This document shows positions 14,670-22,708 of a stretch of DNA of 25,573 bases, piece by piece. The stretch is from a virus (Duplodnaviria > Caudoviricetes). The translations under genes and the position numbers were made by a program. The notes beneath the pieces are model-generated. The model had not been told where the DNA came from. It ran no database searches and was given only the letters and a program-made list of their open reading frames with translations. Location of the stretch: the IMG/VR virus record IMGVR_UViG_3300007863_000018, positions 1-25,573 of that record, one strand, 5' to 3'. The stretch's first letter is position 1; every line of letters starts with the position of its first letter.

Positions 14670-15040
14670 CCGATTCATTTTCCGTAAACGGAGCCTTGTT
14701 CCCGCAAACAGCCGACGACATGAAGGCTCGCATGAAGGACAGGTACGACGCATCAAAAAACTATCCAACAGCTGATGGCGTCGTCAACATTCCAGCTGAC
14801 CAAGCATTTGCTTTGGCTGATTACATCTTGCAAGGCAAGCCTAATGATCGCAACGAAATTCCACTCGCTATTAGCGGATGGAAGAAGCAATCTGCTAGTG
14901 GCAAAACGTACATTAGCTTGAGCTTCAAGCCGCACTATAAGTACGAAAAGAATACTGAAGGGACAGAAGCCTGTTCAGTAAATGCAGCAGCGCAATCTGT
15001 AGCCAAGGCCACCGATGGAAGTGTCATAGACATTTTCTAA
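14666..15040 (+). CDS. Probable ssDNA-binding protein (DUF736-like pattern)
   Basis: ISGWKKQSASGKTYISLSF and an SSB-like C-terminal tip ...IDIF. Confidence 0.55.
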   Translation: MTDSFSVNGALFPQTADDMKARMKDRYDASKNYPTADGVVNIPADQAFALADYILQGKPNDRNEIPLAISGWKKQSASGKTYISLSFKPHYKYEKNTEGTEACSVNAAAQSVAKATDGSVIDIF

Positions 15041-15048
15041 ACCCACTA

Positions 15049-15065
15049 GGGCAGCATTGCTGCCC
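15049..15065. other. Perfect inverted repeat GGGCAGCA-T-TGCTGCCC in an intergenic gap
   Basis: 8-1-8 inverted repeat without a U-tract. Possible mRNA-stabilising hairpin or operator. Confidence 0.6.
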
Positions 15066-15078
15066 ATCACATAAAAAA

Positions 15079-15480
15079 ATGGCAATTTACAACAGTAGCT
15101 CTTTAAGGAGAGCAATTCCTTCAACTCAACTTACAAGTCTCAATCCTCAGGATTTAAAAGATTTAACAGAAGAACTTTTCTCTTGCATTGAAGATACAAC
15201 TTCCTCTTTGGAGGAAATTAATCGGTTTGAAGAAAAGCATGGCTACGAGCCTGATGCTGAATGGCAGTATCGTGCTAAAAAAAAGCTAAGAATTGCAAAA
15301 CAATTTGCTGCAAAAATTGAACTTTTAGGAGTTGAAGCTCCTATGACGTACAGGAAACTGTACCAATTGCACCTTATCGAGATATTATCCGAAGAGTTGG
15401 GGCCAGCTACTTTGAAAAAAATTCAAGATGAAGCTGCTGCCCTTGCACGCCAAGACTGCTCCCCCAAAAAAGTTTCATGA
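15079..15480 (+). CDS. Hypothetical helical protein (133 aa)
   Basis: ATG after an A-run and coupled to the next gene. Confidence 0.75.
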   Translation: MAIYNSSSLRRAIPSTQLTSLNPQDLKDLTEELFSCIEDTTSSLEEINRFEEKHGYEPDAEWQYRAKKKLRIAKQFAAKIELLGVEAPMTYRKLYQLHLIEILSEELGPATLKKIQDEAAALARQDCSPKKVS

Positions 15481-15641
15481 ATGAAAAACAACTGGAAGTC
15501 AGCCTCGAAGCTGTCAAAGGTCTTTTAATTGACGCTTACAACAATTACGAAAAAAGTCTTCAACGGCGTCAAAACGATTCTCGTTATTGGGATGGATATA
15601 TTCGTGGTATCCAGCATGTTCTTGAGATGCACAACCAATGA
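15477..15641 (+). CDS. Small cyanophage-type protein, 54 aa (...YWDGYIRGIQHVLEM)
   Basis: Hand translation. ATGA overlaps at both ends. Confidence 0.75.
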   Translation: MNEKQLEVSLEAVKGLLIDAYNNYEKSLQRRQNDSRYWDGYIRGIQHVLEMHNQ

Positions 15642-15805
15642 AAACTAAATTTAGTTTGTTTACTCGTTTTCAGCTTGTGATTTTAGCTATCTTTAGCCCC
15701 GCAAGACTTACCAAGGCAATTACTGCTGGATTTATAGCCGCTGTGGACTCTTTAGACGACGAAGAATTAAGAGTGCTCGTGAAGGAACTTAATGATGCAA
15801 ATTGA
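15638..15805 (+). CDS. Small hypothetical protein, 55 aa (MKTKFSLFTRFQLVILAIFSPARL...)
   Basis: Hand translation. Fills the gap before thyX. Confidence 0.65.
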   Translation: MKTKFSLFTRFQLVILAIFSPARLTKAITAGFIAAVDSLDDEELRVLVKELNDAN

Positions 15806-16523
15806 TCCTTACTTCCAGGTTGGCGTTCTTAACCAGACCAGAGATCCAGCCACGCTTTGCTGGCAGGCAATGCACCAAGACTATTCAGAGGGATGGGTCT
15901 TCCACGATGAACCGCTTAACGAAGAGAAAGCGGGTGATCTTATTGTTAAGCACTTGCTTTTAGGAGGTCGCGGCCATTACGGCCCATTAGAGCACGCCAG
16001 TATTACTTTTGCCGTTGGTTACTTCCCTCACTCTGTTATTCAGCAGGCTCGCACCCATAGGGTCGGTACTAGCTGGGATGTGCAGTCGATGCGCTATACC
16101 GGCAAACGAATTTCTGCTGTCGTGGATGGCCTGGTGGACGTTGAAGAAGCTTTTTACTTGCGCCCTGTCGGTGACTACACCAACCGACAAGGGAAAAAAT
16201 ACACCTACGACAAGCACCTTAGATCTTTGGACTTTCAGCACTGCAAAGATTCGGCTCGGCGCTATACATCAGCTCTAAAAAATTTCGGACTATCCGAGGA
16301 ACACGCTAGAGGAGTGTTGCCATTCGATTATCGGCAACATTTCGTCGTCACGTTCAACCTGCGCTCTTTGATGCATTTCCTTGACCTGCGAGGCAAAGCT
16401 GATGCACAGCTAGAGATTCACCAAATGTGTCAGCTGATGATGCCTCATTTTGAGGAGTGGGTTCCTTCAGTTCATGATTGGTACGTTAAAAATCGCTGGG
16501 GGAAGGCCCGTCTTGCGCCATAA
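15792..16523 (+). CDS. thyX: FAD-dependent thymidylate synthase, cyanobacterial type
   Basis: GHYGPLEH, QQARTHRVGTSWDVQSMRY, EHARGVLP and NLRSLMHFLDLR...AQLEI. Confidence 0.96.
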   Translation: MMQIDPYFQVGVLNQTRDPATLCWQAMHQDYSEGWVFHDEPLNEEKAGDLIVKHLLLGGRGHYGPLEHASITFAVGYFPHSVIQQARTHRVGTSWDVQSMRYTGKRISAVVDGLVDVEEAFYLRPVGDYTNRQGKKYTYDKHLRSLDFQHCKDSARRYTSALKNFGLSEEHARGVLPFDYRQHFVVTFNLRSLMHFLDLRGKADAQLEIHQMCQLMMPHFEEWVPSVHDWYVKNRWGKARLAP

Positions 16524-16539
16524 AGACAGGGGCTGAAAC

Positions 16540-16731
16540 TTATGCGTAAGGCCATGCTGGCTCTGTGTCTATATTCCAAACATCTTCATTGTTTACGTCA
16601 ATAGGGCGCTTCTCTGCGTATTCTCGAAAAATTATTTTCAACTCTTCTGTTGTCATGTCAAGCTTTTTTGCTTGCTTAGCAACGTTCTCCTGTCCAGTAA
16701 ATATCTCTTCCAAAACTCTATCTAGCTTCAT
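16540..16731 (-). CDS. Hypothetical protein (63 aa), possible HTH
   Basis: NVAKQAKKLDMTTEELK pattern. ATGA-coupled to the upstream gene. Confidence 0.7.
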   Translation of the reverse strand: MKLDRVLEEIFTGQENVAKQAKKLDMTTEELKIIFREYAEKRPIDVNNEDVWNIDTEPAWPYA

Positions 16732-16904
16732 TTCTTTTTAGCGCGATTTTTTGCCTTCTGATTCTTGAACCAAAAGCCTTGAGCAAGACTTGTCAGACCC
16801 TTTGGACTGGCAGCCGATTCCGCCTCTTTCCTAGCCCTCTCGATGTTAAAAACAACTTCTCGTTCAGTTGCCACCCTGTTTACTTGCCCTGCTCTACGCG
16901 GCAT
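16728..16904 (-). CDS. Small basic hypothetical protein (58 aa)
   Basis: ATG at 16904 and coupled to the next gene. Confidence 0.6.
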   Translation of the reverse strand: MPRRAGQVNRVATEREVVFNIERARKEAESAASPKGLTSLAQGFWFKNQKAKNRAKKK

Positions 16905-17091
16905 AAAGACCAAACGTTTCAAGCGCCAACATAGCTTGATAACGACTAAAAAGCTTAGGCTTGCCAATTCAGAATTTGTTAGGGGACGCCACCGGCTCTC
17001 GCGCCTGCGTGGCTTTGGTCAGGCGATCCCCTTTGCGCCTCAGGACAAGCCATCTTTTTGAGATGGTTGAAGAAAGATCTTAGCACTTGAT

Positions 17092-17265
17092 ATGAACACT
17101 TTTGAGATTGGAGCAAAATTGATAGCATATGGCGTGGCCTCCTGCTTTAAGCCTTGGTATTTTGATGGAAAGACTGTCTATTGGGGCAATGCAGAAGAAA
17201 CACAGGCAGAGGCATTGGCTTCTGCTCAGAAAATGAAAGATTCTTTGATGAACTCTTCTAAATGA
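17092..17265 (+). CDS. Small hypothetical protein, 57 aa (MNTFEIGAK...FKPWYFDGKTVYWG...)
   Basis: Hand translation. ATGA-coupled to 17262. Confidence 0.7.
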   Translation: MNTFEIGAKLIAYGVASCFKPWYFDGKTVYWGNAEETQAEALASAQKMKDSLMNSSK

Positions 17266-17570
17266 CTAGTCATCGCTCGCATTCTGGAAGGATGAACGTT
17301 TCCAATAAAACCGGGGAATGGGTTGCGACACTTAAGGCTAAGTCTCAAGTATTTGAGATTGTCCTCAATGCATCTAATGCGGAAAACGCAATTTTGCAAG
17401 CAGAGCAGCTTTATGCCGACTTGCGAGCAGTGTCAAATCCAAAGCCTTACTGTTGGCAATGCCTGCATTGGAAGCTTTTAAAGTCAGAATGCAGTCTTGG
17501 TTTTGCTGAAGGTAGGTCAAGTGGAGGAAGATTTGCTAGTCAATGCTCGGTCTTCTGGCTCAATGATTGA
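17262..17570 (+). CDS. Hypothetical protein with a C-terminal four-Cys metal-binding cluster
   Basis: CWQCLHW....ECSLG..EG.....FASQC. Confidence 0.75.
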   Translation: MTSHRSHSGRMNVSNKTGEWVATLKAKSQVFEIVLNASNAENAILQAEQLYADLRAVSNPKPYCWQCLHWKLLKSECSLGFAEGRSSGGRFASQCSVFWLND

Positions 17571-17739
17571 AGTCCCGGCAGGTTCTATTGATTTTGGCAA
17601 TGGCTGCTACATTGAAATTCTTCTTAACAGCGAATCTGAGGTGATTTTCAGGTCATGCAGCAGAGGAGGGGCAATATGCAGGTATTCAAATGATTTCTGG
17701 CATGCAAAAACTTATATTTATCAAATGATGAGCCCTTAG
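17563..17739 (+). CDS. Hypothetical protein (58 aa)
   Basis: ATG at 17563 overlapping the upstream stop. RSCSRGGAICRYS motif. Confidence 0.7.
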   Translation: MIEVPAGSIDFGNGCYIEILLNSESEVIFRSCSRGGAICRYSNDFWHAKTYIYQMMSP

Positions 17740-17945
17740 TTTTCTCCTGAACTGCTCTCCACTGACTCCAAGATCTTGCGCTCCTCAGAGTAAGGAGGCT
17801 GCCTGGCTTGAATGTAGTCATGGAAGGCCGGTACAAGCCAGTCTTGTGGCGGCCAACAGTTGTTCCAGTTGACCGGCTTGGCGCAATTGACAACAACCGT
17901 TGACCAGAAAGCAAACGCATAGCTCCAGAGCCAATACCAATTCAT
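17736..17945 (-). CDS. Small Trp-rich cyanophage-type protein
   Basis: TGATG-coupled to dcd. Hydrophobic N-terminus with C..P.NW..C.P..WL.P. Confidence 0.7.
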   Translation of the reverse strand: MNWYWLWSYAFAFWSTVVVNCAKPVNWNNCWPPQDWLVPAFHDYIQARQPPYSEERKILESVESSSGEN

Positions 17946-18475
17946 CAGGCAACAACAGACGGCATAACCCGCAAATGGTTGTTGTAATTCCCTGTCACCG
18001 CATAACTGATGGAGGGGACGGCGCTCATGCGATGAAAAACCATTTGACCGATTTTTAAGCCCGGATACAAATGCAAGCCGTGATACCGACGTTCATTCTT
18101 TAACTCAAGTGTTAATCGGCTGCCATGCCATCCGGGGTCACACCAACCCGCGAGGCAATGATTCAGCCCTTCTCTGGCGCGGCTTGACTTCAAGACGAAC
18201 TGAGCCGAAATATCGTCAGGCAGGTTAAACGTCTCAACCGTTTCTCCTAGTACAAACTCACTAGGGGCCAAATAATAAGGATCTTCTTTTGTTCTGTCCG
18301 ATATATCAATATCAATCAGCTCTCGCTTGTCACTCACTTCGATCATCAGACGATCACCAAGCCGAAGGTCAAGGCTTGCTGGATTCAATAGCTCTGGAAC
18401 GAAAGGCCAAACCAGTTGATGGCTATCACAAAGAGATCGGATCTCCCAATCGCACAGAACCGCCATACAGATCAA
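17945..18475 (-). CDS. dcd: dCTP deaminase
   Basis: L.DWEI, NPASLDLRLG, LGETVE, KSSRAREGL, DPGWHGSRLTLE and IGQMVF. Likely start ATG at 18466. Confidence 0.93.
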   Translation of the reverse strand: MICMAVLCDWEIRSLCDSHQLVWPFVPELLNPASLDLRLGDRLMIEVSDKRELIDIDISDRTKEDPYYLAPSEFVLGETVETFNLPDDISAQFVLKSSRAREGLNHCLAGWCDPGWHGSRLTLELKNERRYHGLHLYPGLKIGQMVFHRMSAVPSISYAVTGNYNNHLRVMPSVVA

Positions 18476-18488
18476 TCAAAACGCCAGC

Positions 18489-19199
18489 TTACTCATCGTC
18501 AACCAAAATCACCCAGCCGGTGCCAGGGCCTTCAATTTCCCAACGCATCTTGAAGGCTTGACGTGACACCTTGGCATTTTTGCCGCCATAACGACCTGAA
18601 TGGCCTCCCTGTTCAATGTTTGGCAAACCTCTTGGATCGTGCTGGGTCCAATCATTTTGATCAAAACCAACAACGACACTCCAATGCCCGCAACCGTAGC
18701 TGTCGCATATTGGTGGTTCCCCTCTACTCATGTCACCGTGATGAAGCCAGCCCACCATGACTGGACGGCCTGCAGCTAACTCGGCTTCAACCAGGCTTCC
18801 ATCACCGTCTTGCCTGAACTCTGCATGTAAGCCCAGACTTCTCAAGGCACGAATCTGAGCCTCAATACTGGTTGTATCGCCAAATCGTTCTCTGATTCGG
18901 TTGTATTCATCATCAGTTTTTACTTTCCCGTAAAAGGCAGCAACCATCGCAGCAGAAGAGCTAAAGCATTCCCTGTAGCCTCGGCCACTTTTGTTATCTA
19001 GTTGGTGGAAATAAGGCACATGAGTCTGCTGCGCTATTCCACTAGCTTTCCAAGCCTCAAACCAAGCTGCATCTTCTCTCAGTAGCTCCTCAGGCAAAGA
19101 ATCCTCAAATTCTTTTATGGCAGCCAGCTGATGGGGCGTTCCCCTGAAATGAGCAAAGAACGGCAGCAGCGTGAGCATGGGCACCAAGAAACTATTCAT
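18489..19199 (-). CDS. Peptidase C39-like (papain-fold) protein, candidate endolysin
   Basis: VPYFHQLDN (oxyanion Gln), RECFSSS (Cys), GHWSVVVG (His) and HDP (Asp). Lies after membrane-protein genes. Confidence 0.8.
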   Translation of the reverse strand: MNSFLVPMLTLLPFFAHFRGTPHQLAAIKEFEDSLPEELLREDAAWFEAWKASGIAQQTHVPYFHQLDNKSGRGYRECFSSSAAMVAAFYGKVKTDDEYNRIRERFGDTTSIEAQIRALRSLGLHAEFRQDGDGSLVEAELAAGRPVMVGWLHHGDMSRGEPPICDSYGCGHWSVVVGFDQNDWTQHDPRGLPNIEQGGHSGRYGGKNAKVSRQAFKMRWEIEGPGTGWVILVDDE

Positions 19200-19354
19200 T
19201 CACTCAACGCCGGTCTAGGACATTCCGGGCGCTGAGACAAGCCTGCATGGTAACCGGAGAGAAACAGGAATCCTCCGGCTCCCAGGACGACTGCCAGCAA
19301 AGTTCCAAGAATGAAAAATCCGCTAACTAGAACCCAAGCCGGGTCGGCTTTCAT
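19196..19354 (-). CDS. Small membrane protein, 52 aa (MKADPAWVLVSGFFILGTLLAVVLGAGGFLFLSG...)
   Basis: Hand translation. Long hydrophobic stretch and ATGA overlaps at both ends. Confidence 0.7.
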   Translation of the reverse strand: MKADPAWVLVSGFFILGTLLAVVLGAGGFLFLSGYHAGLSQRPECPRPALSE

Positions 19355-19524
19355 TTTTCAACCCTGGTTTCAGGGAACAGGTTTTTCTCAACGAAAACAA
19401 CAACCTGATCATCAACAGTGTTATCAGTTGTTTTTGCGTAAGCTCTCAACAGGTCAACAATCAACTTTTTGACTGCCTTGCTCTTCAGGAACGAGAACAA
19501 GATTGGACGGACGAGAAAGACCAT
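19351..19524 (-). CDS. Conserved small phage protein (57 aa, ...TDNTVDD motif), possibly a lysis accessory
   Basis: MVFLVRPILFSFLKSKAVKKLIVDLL..YAKTTDNTVDD. Confidence 0.75.
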   Translation of the reverse strand: MVFLVRPILFSFLKSKAVKKLIVDLLRAYAKTTDNTVDDQVVVFVEKNLFPETRVEK

Positions 19525-19548
19525 AGGACTTCTGCTATTGGTCAAATT

Positions 19549-19800
19549 CTAGTTGCGGTCGCTATGACCTTCCAACCTGGCAACTGAACGCTCCAGATCA
19601 CTAAGCCGCCCAAAAATCTCACGGTCTCTAGCCATCATGTCGGTATGAAGCAAATCCATTCGTGTAGCTAGATTATCCATAGCTGAAGTGAGCCTCACTA
19701 ACGACTCACGGCCTGCTTGGCTTTGACCGTTGGCACGAACAATCCCTAGGCCAGCTACACCGACCGATGCTCCCGCCACAGCTGCTAAGACCTCGATCAC
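19549..19800 (-). CDS. N-terminal TM plus coiled-coil protein (holin or lysis-associated candidate)
   Basis: GTG at 19800. IEVLAAVAGASVGVAGLG followed by heptads ending RLSDLERSVARLEG. Confidence 0.7.
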   Translation of the reverse strand: MIEVLAAVAGASVGVAGLGIVRANGQSQAGRESLVRLTSAMDNLATRMDLLHTDMMARDREIFGRLSDLERSVARLEGHSDRN

Positions 19801-19826
19801 CGCTCGACTAAACGCTTGAACCAATC

Positions 19827-20087
19827 ATGGCAGATCCAAAGGAGAATGAAGAAAAGGACGGTTTTTCAACGGCAGACCTTGTTAAGGTCTCTGTTTTGAT
19901 CTGGAGCGCAACATTACTGACCGTTTCTTATTTGGGTGTTTTTCCTCAAATGAAAATGGACAATACGTTCGTGGCGAGCCTTTTGACCGGTGCAATGGCA
20001 AGTTTTGGCATTGAACGTAAATCCGCTAATCAACAGAAGAAGTCACCACCTAAAATCGAAACATCTACTAGCACGCCTCCGAAATGA
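19827..20087 (+). CDS. Two-TM membrane protein of cyanophage type
   Basis: VLIWSATLLTVSY...DNTFVASLLTGAMASFGI. Confidence 0.8.
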   Translation: MADPKENEEKDGFSTADLVKVSVLIWSATLLTVSYLGVFPQMKMDNTFVASLLTGAMASFGIERKSANQQKKSPPKIETSTSTPPK

Positions 20088-20572
20088 AACGGTTTGCTCT
20101 CTTAGCGATTGCGCTGTCATTCGCTCCAGCAGCCCATGCTGATTTGACTCATAAGATCCAGTCGAGCGTGCAGTTGCAAGTTGGTGGAGCGATGACCACT
20201 GCAAATCGCATTGGCTCAACGTTTTCGATCAGCGGTTCAGGTGTTGATACAACAGACGGCACAACGGCAAACACCATCTCAACAGGAACCGTTACTTCAG
20301 GCGTTTACGCTCCAGGAACCATTGCTGCAACTCAAGACAACCCTGGTTCAGCGTTCAGCTTTAGCCAGTCATATACCCAAGCTGATGCCGTTCCAACATC
20401 CGCAACCACGACCGGAACAGTGCAAAACTTTGGCAGTTTGCAATCCACTGCTTCCGGTACGGCTGGAACACTGGCAGGAACAATCTCAAGTGCAGGAGCA
20501 ATGACGGTGACAGCTGGTGGAGCGAACACTCTTGGCATTGGACAATTTGTCACCGAGCTGAGCATCGATTGA
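20084..20572 (+). CDS. Secreted Ser/Thr/Gly-rich protein
   Basis: Signal peptide MKRFALLAIALSFAPAAHA, then DLTHKIQSSVQL...AFSFSQSYTQAD. Confidence 0.85.
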   Translation: MKRFALLAIALSFAPAAHADLTHKIQSSVQLQVGGAMTTANRIGSTFSISGSGVDTTDGTTANTISTGTVTSGVYAPGTIAATQDNPGSAFSFSQSYTQADAVPTSATTTGTVQNFGSLQSTASGTAGTLAGTISSAGAMTVTAGGANTLGIGQFVTELSID

Positions 20573-20973
20573 TGCGGTTTCTGTTGCTGCTTTTGTTGCT
20601 TGCCCCAGCTGCAAATGCTGTGCCAGTTGTGCCCAATTTCTCAACTGGCTCAATGACGACACATACAGAAACAACCAGTAACGTCACAGAAACAATTGTC
20701 AGCGAGTCCTACGAAACTGGCTGGCAATATTCTGTTAGTGGCACCAACATCGGTCCGGCAAACGGAGCCAGCCTCACACCAGGCACAACAACGGTCAACG
20801 GATGGTCAGCTCTCGACGTAAACAACAAGCCAAGCTGGAAAATCACCAGCCCTGGTGGAGCGTTTCAATTTGTAGAGACCTATTCAGGTCCAGGTCTGTC
20901 GAACGTCACCACAATTCAGCGCGTTACCGAAATAAATCAAATCACCGACACTATCTCTACCTTCTCGCAATAG
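20569..20973 (+). CDS. Secreted Thr-rich protein
   Basis: Signal peptide MRFLLLLLLLAPAANA, then VPVVPNF..GSMTTHTET...GAFQFVETYSGPGL. Confidence 0.85.
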   Translation: MMRFLLLLLLLAPAANAVPVVPNFSTGSMTTHTETTSNVTETIVSESYETGWQYSVSGTNIGPANGASLTPGTTTVNGWSALDVNNKPSWKITSPGGAFQFVETYSGPGLSNVTTIQRVTEINQITDTISTFSQ

Positions 20974-21665
20974 TCCTAGCCGCTCCAGCAAACGCGGAAA
21001 CCATTGGTGGTGTTTCAGCTACTGCCGCTCCAACAGCAACCAGTTCGGGAAGCGTTACAAATCAGGCGGTGATGATTGCACCGTCCCAACATTTGACAAA
21101 TTCTTACGGCAATGGCATTCAATGCCAAGGCCCAATCCTTACCGTCACTCCTTATGTCAATCGATCCAAATCTTGGCAGCTTCCGTTTGAGAGTTATTAT
21201 GACGAGCCTGTATATGATCTCTCTGATCGGGATGATAACGGGATACTCGATAATCCTGGATCCGTCTTATATGAGATGCCAACGAGAACGGGCCAGCGCG
21301 ATTCGCACAACTGGAGTGGCGGACTTTCGATGCAAATGACCATCCCGCTTGATGGTGGACTACAAGCACGATGCAAAGCAATGGTTGATGCCAACATCAA
21401 ACTGCATCAGCAAAACGTACAAACGCGAAGATTAGAGTACGAAATCGCAAGACTTAAGAACTGCGGGGAACTAAAGCTCAAAGGCATTGAGTTTCACCCC
21501 AAGTCACCTTACTTTGCTGTCTGCGCTGACGTAGTAATCAGACCCAAGCCAGGGCAAGTCTTGCAGCACAAACACGCTATCCCTTCCGCTTTGCCCGTTG
21601 AGCTTTCCGGCGATCCAACACCGATACAGGTTCAACCTTTCGCCCCAGCATCTTTGACGCCTTAG
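20802..21665 (+). CDS. Secreted Cys-containing protein with a Ca-binding-like DRDDNGILD loop; true start uncertain
   Basis: Signal-like YLYLLAIVLAAPANA near 20950, then SSGSVTNQA, YGNGIQCQGP and EIARLKNCGEL...GIEF. Confidence 0.8.
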   Translation: MVSSRRKQQAKLENHQPWWSVSICRDLFRSRSVERHHNSARYRNKSNHRHYLYLLAIVLAAPANAETIGGVSATAAPTATSSGSVTNQAVMIAPSQHLTNSYGNGIQCQGPILTVTPYVNRSKSWQLPFESYYDEPVYDLSDRDDNGILDNPGSVLYEMPTRTGQRDSHNWSGGLSMQMTIPLDGGLQARCKAMVDANIKLHQQNVQTRRLEYEIARLKNCGELKLKGIEFHPKSPYFAVCADVVIRPKPGQVLQHKHAIPSALPVELSGDPTPIQVQPFAPASLTP

Positions 21666-22197
21666 TCAGTCCTTTCTTGACCGCAGGCTTGACCAGCTTC
21701 AACAAAAATGGCGTCGCTAGACCTGCTGCAACACCAACTGATGCAGTAAGAGCAACAGTCGTTGCAGCCGGTAATGACGGCACAGCGTTTATCATCTGTT
21801 CAGGCAACTTGATTGATTCATATAGGACGACGCATTTACCGTCCTGAATCTCATAGCCCGAAATTCTTTTGTTACCACCTTGAATAACCGTACCAACCCC
21901 CTTGGACCGCAAGGGAGGACACCTAGGATCCTCGTCAATTGCCGCTTTCGGTTTGGGAAGATTCGGCGTGGCTGGCGCTGGAGGCTGTGGTGTCTCAGGC
22001 GTCGAAGTCTTTGGCAACGGAGCGACTGGATCAAAAACTAACTCCGTTGGCCTGTAGTCCATTGCATTGAACTCAGGCATGTCCACAATTGGAACGCCAA
22101 TGTTTACCGTCACTGGTGGAGCGGTTGGAATTGACATTGGAGCTAGTCCGTTCCAACTCCGAATCTCGTTGATCCCAATAGTCCGAATCTCAGGCAT
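21577..22197 (-). CDS. Pro-rich protein with a C-terminal TM anchor and basic tail
   Basis: PPVTVNIGVPIV, Pro-rich linker, CP...C pair, hydrophobic TVALTASVGVAAGLATPFLL, then KLVKP..KK. Confidence 0.8.
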   Translation of the reverse strand: MPEIRTIGINEIRSWNGLAPMSIPTAPPVTVNIGVPIVDMPEFNAMDYRPTELVFDPVAPLPKTSTPETPQPPAPATPNLPKPKAAIDEDPRCPPLRSKGVGTVIQGGNKRISGYEIQDGKCVVLYESIKLPEQMINAVPSLPAATTVALTASVGVAAGLATPFLLKLVKPAVKKGLTKASKMLGRKVEPVSVLDRRKAQRAKRKG

Positions 22198-22420
22198 CGC
22201 CCTGCATCTTTGCGATCAACCGATCTAAATACCAACTGGCCTTGCCTGCATCCTGGAGCGCATTGCCCTTATGCCACATCCTCAGCAAATACTTGAGTGT
22301 CTGGCCCAGCAGATAACCGCTCACAACGTCGTCAGCGTCATGAACGGCATCCTCAATCACCTCAATAACCTCAACACGACCTTGGTTGTAATGGTCTGGC
22401 GAATTGATCAGATCTGACAT
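22190..22420 (-). CDS. DUF3310 protein (T7 gp1.7-like nucleotide kinase domain)
   Basis: INSPDHYNQG..EVIE, G..LGQTLKYL.R..HKG...QD..KA.WYL. Confidence 0.88.
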   Translation of the reverse strand: MSDLINSPDHYNQGRVEVIEVIEDAVHDADDVVSGYLLGQTLKYLLRMWHKGNALQDAGKASWYLDRLIAKMQGDA

Positions 22421-22656
22421 TAAAAAGGCAAAGCAGGGCCGGTTTCAGTTGGCAATGCAGGGATCATCTCTTTGACTTGCCCAGGCATCGCATCTGTCAC
22501 CGCTCCAGAAACTAGCTCACCGACCAGAGCCTTAGCCTGATCTATTGCCTGTTGTTTCAGCTCTGGCAGCTTGCTGACAGCGTAGAAGCTTGTGCCAACC
22601 AACGCTCCAGACATTGCGAACGACAGGACGCTGATCACGTTAAAAACTTTTTGCAT
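22420..22656 (-). CDS. Small membrane-anchored cyanophage-type protein
   Basis: MQKVFNVISVLSFAMSGALVG TM segment and a C-terminal LPTETGPALPF. Confidence 0.8.
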   Translation of the reverse strand: MQKVFNVISVLSFAMSGALVGTSFYAVSKLPELKQQAIDQAKALVGELVSGAVTDAMPGQVKEMIPALPTETGPALPF

Positions 22657-22692
22657 AAAAAATTCCCTAGCAGTGTGAGGCTACTAGGGAAA
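22657..22692 (-). terminator. Hairpin/terminator after the outer-membrane protein gene
   Basis: Minus strand TTCCCTAGTAG-CCTCACA-CTGCTAGGGAA-TTTTT. Confidence 0.65.
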
Positions 22693-22708
22693 GCATCAGG
22701 ACTTTAAC

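Noticed and set aside
16960-17090. Short ORFs in the gap between divergent genes, including 16843..17061 (+)
   Set aside because: No convincing start or motif. More likely a divergent promoter region.
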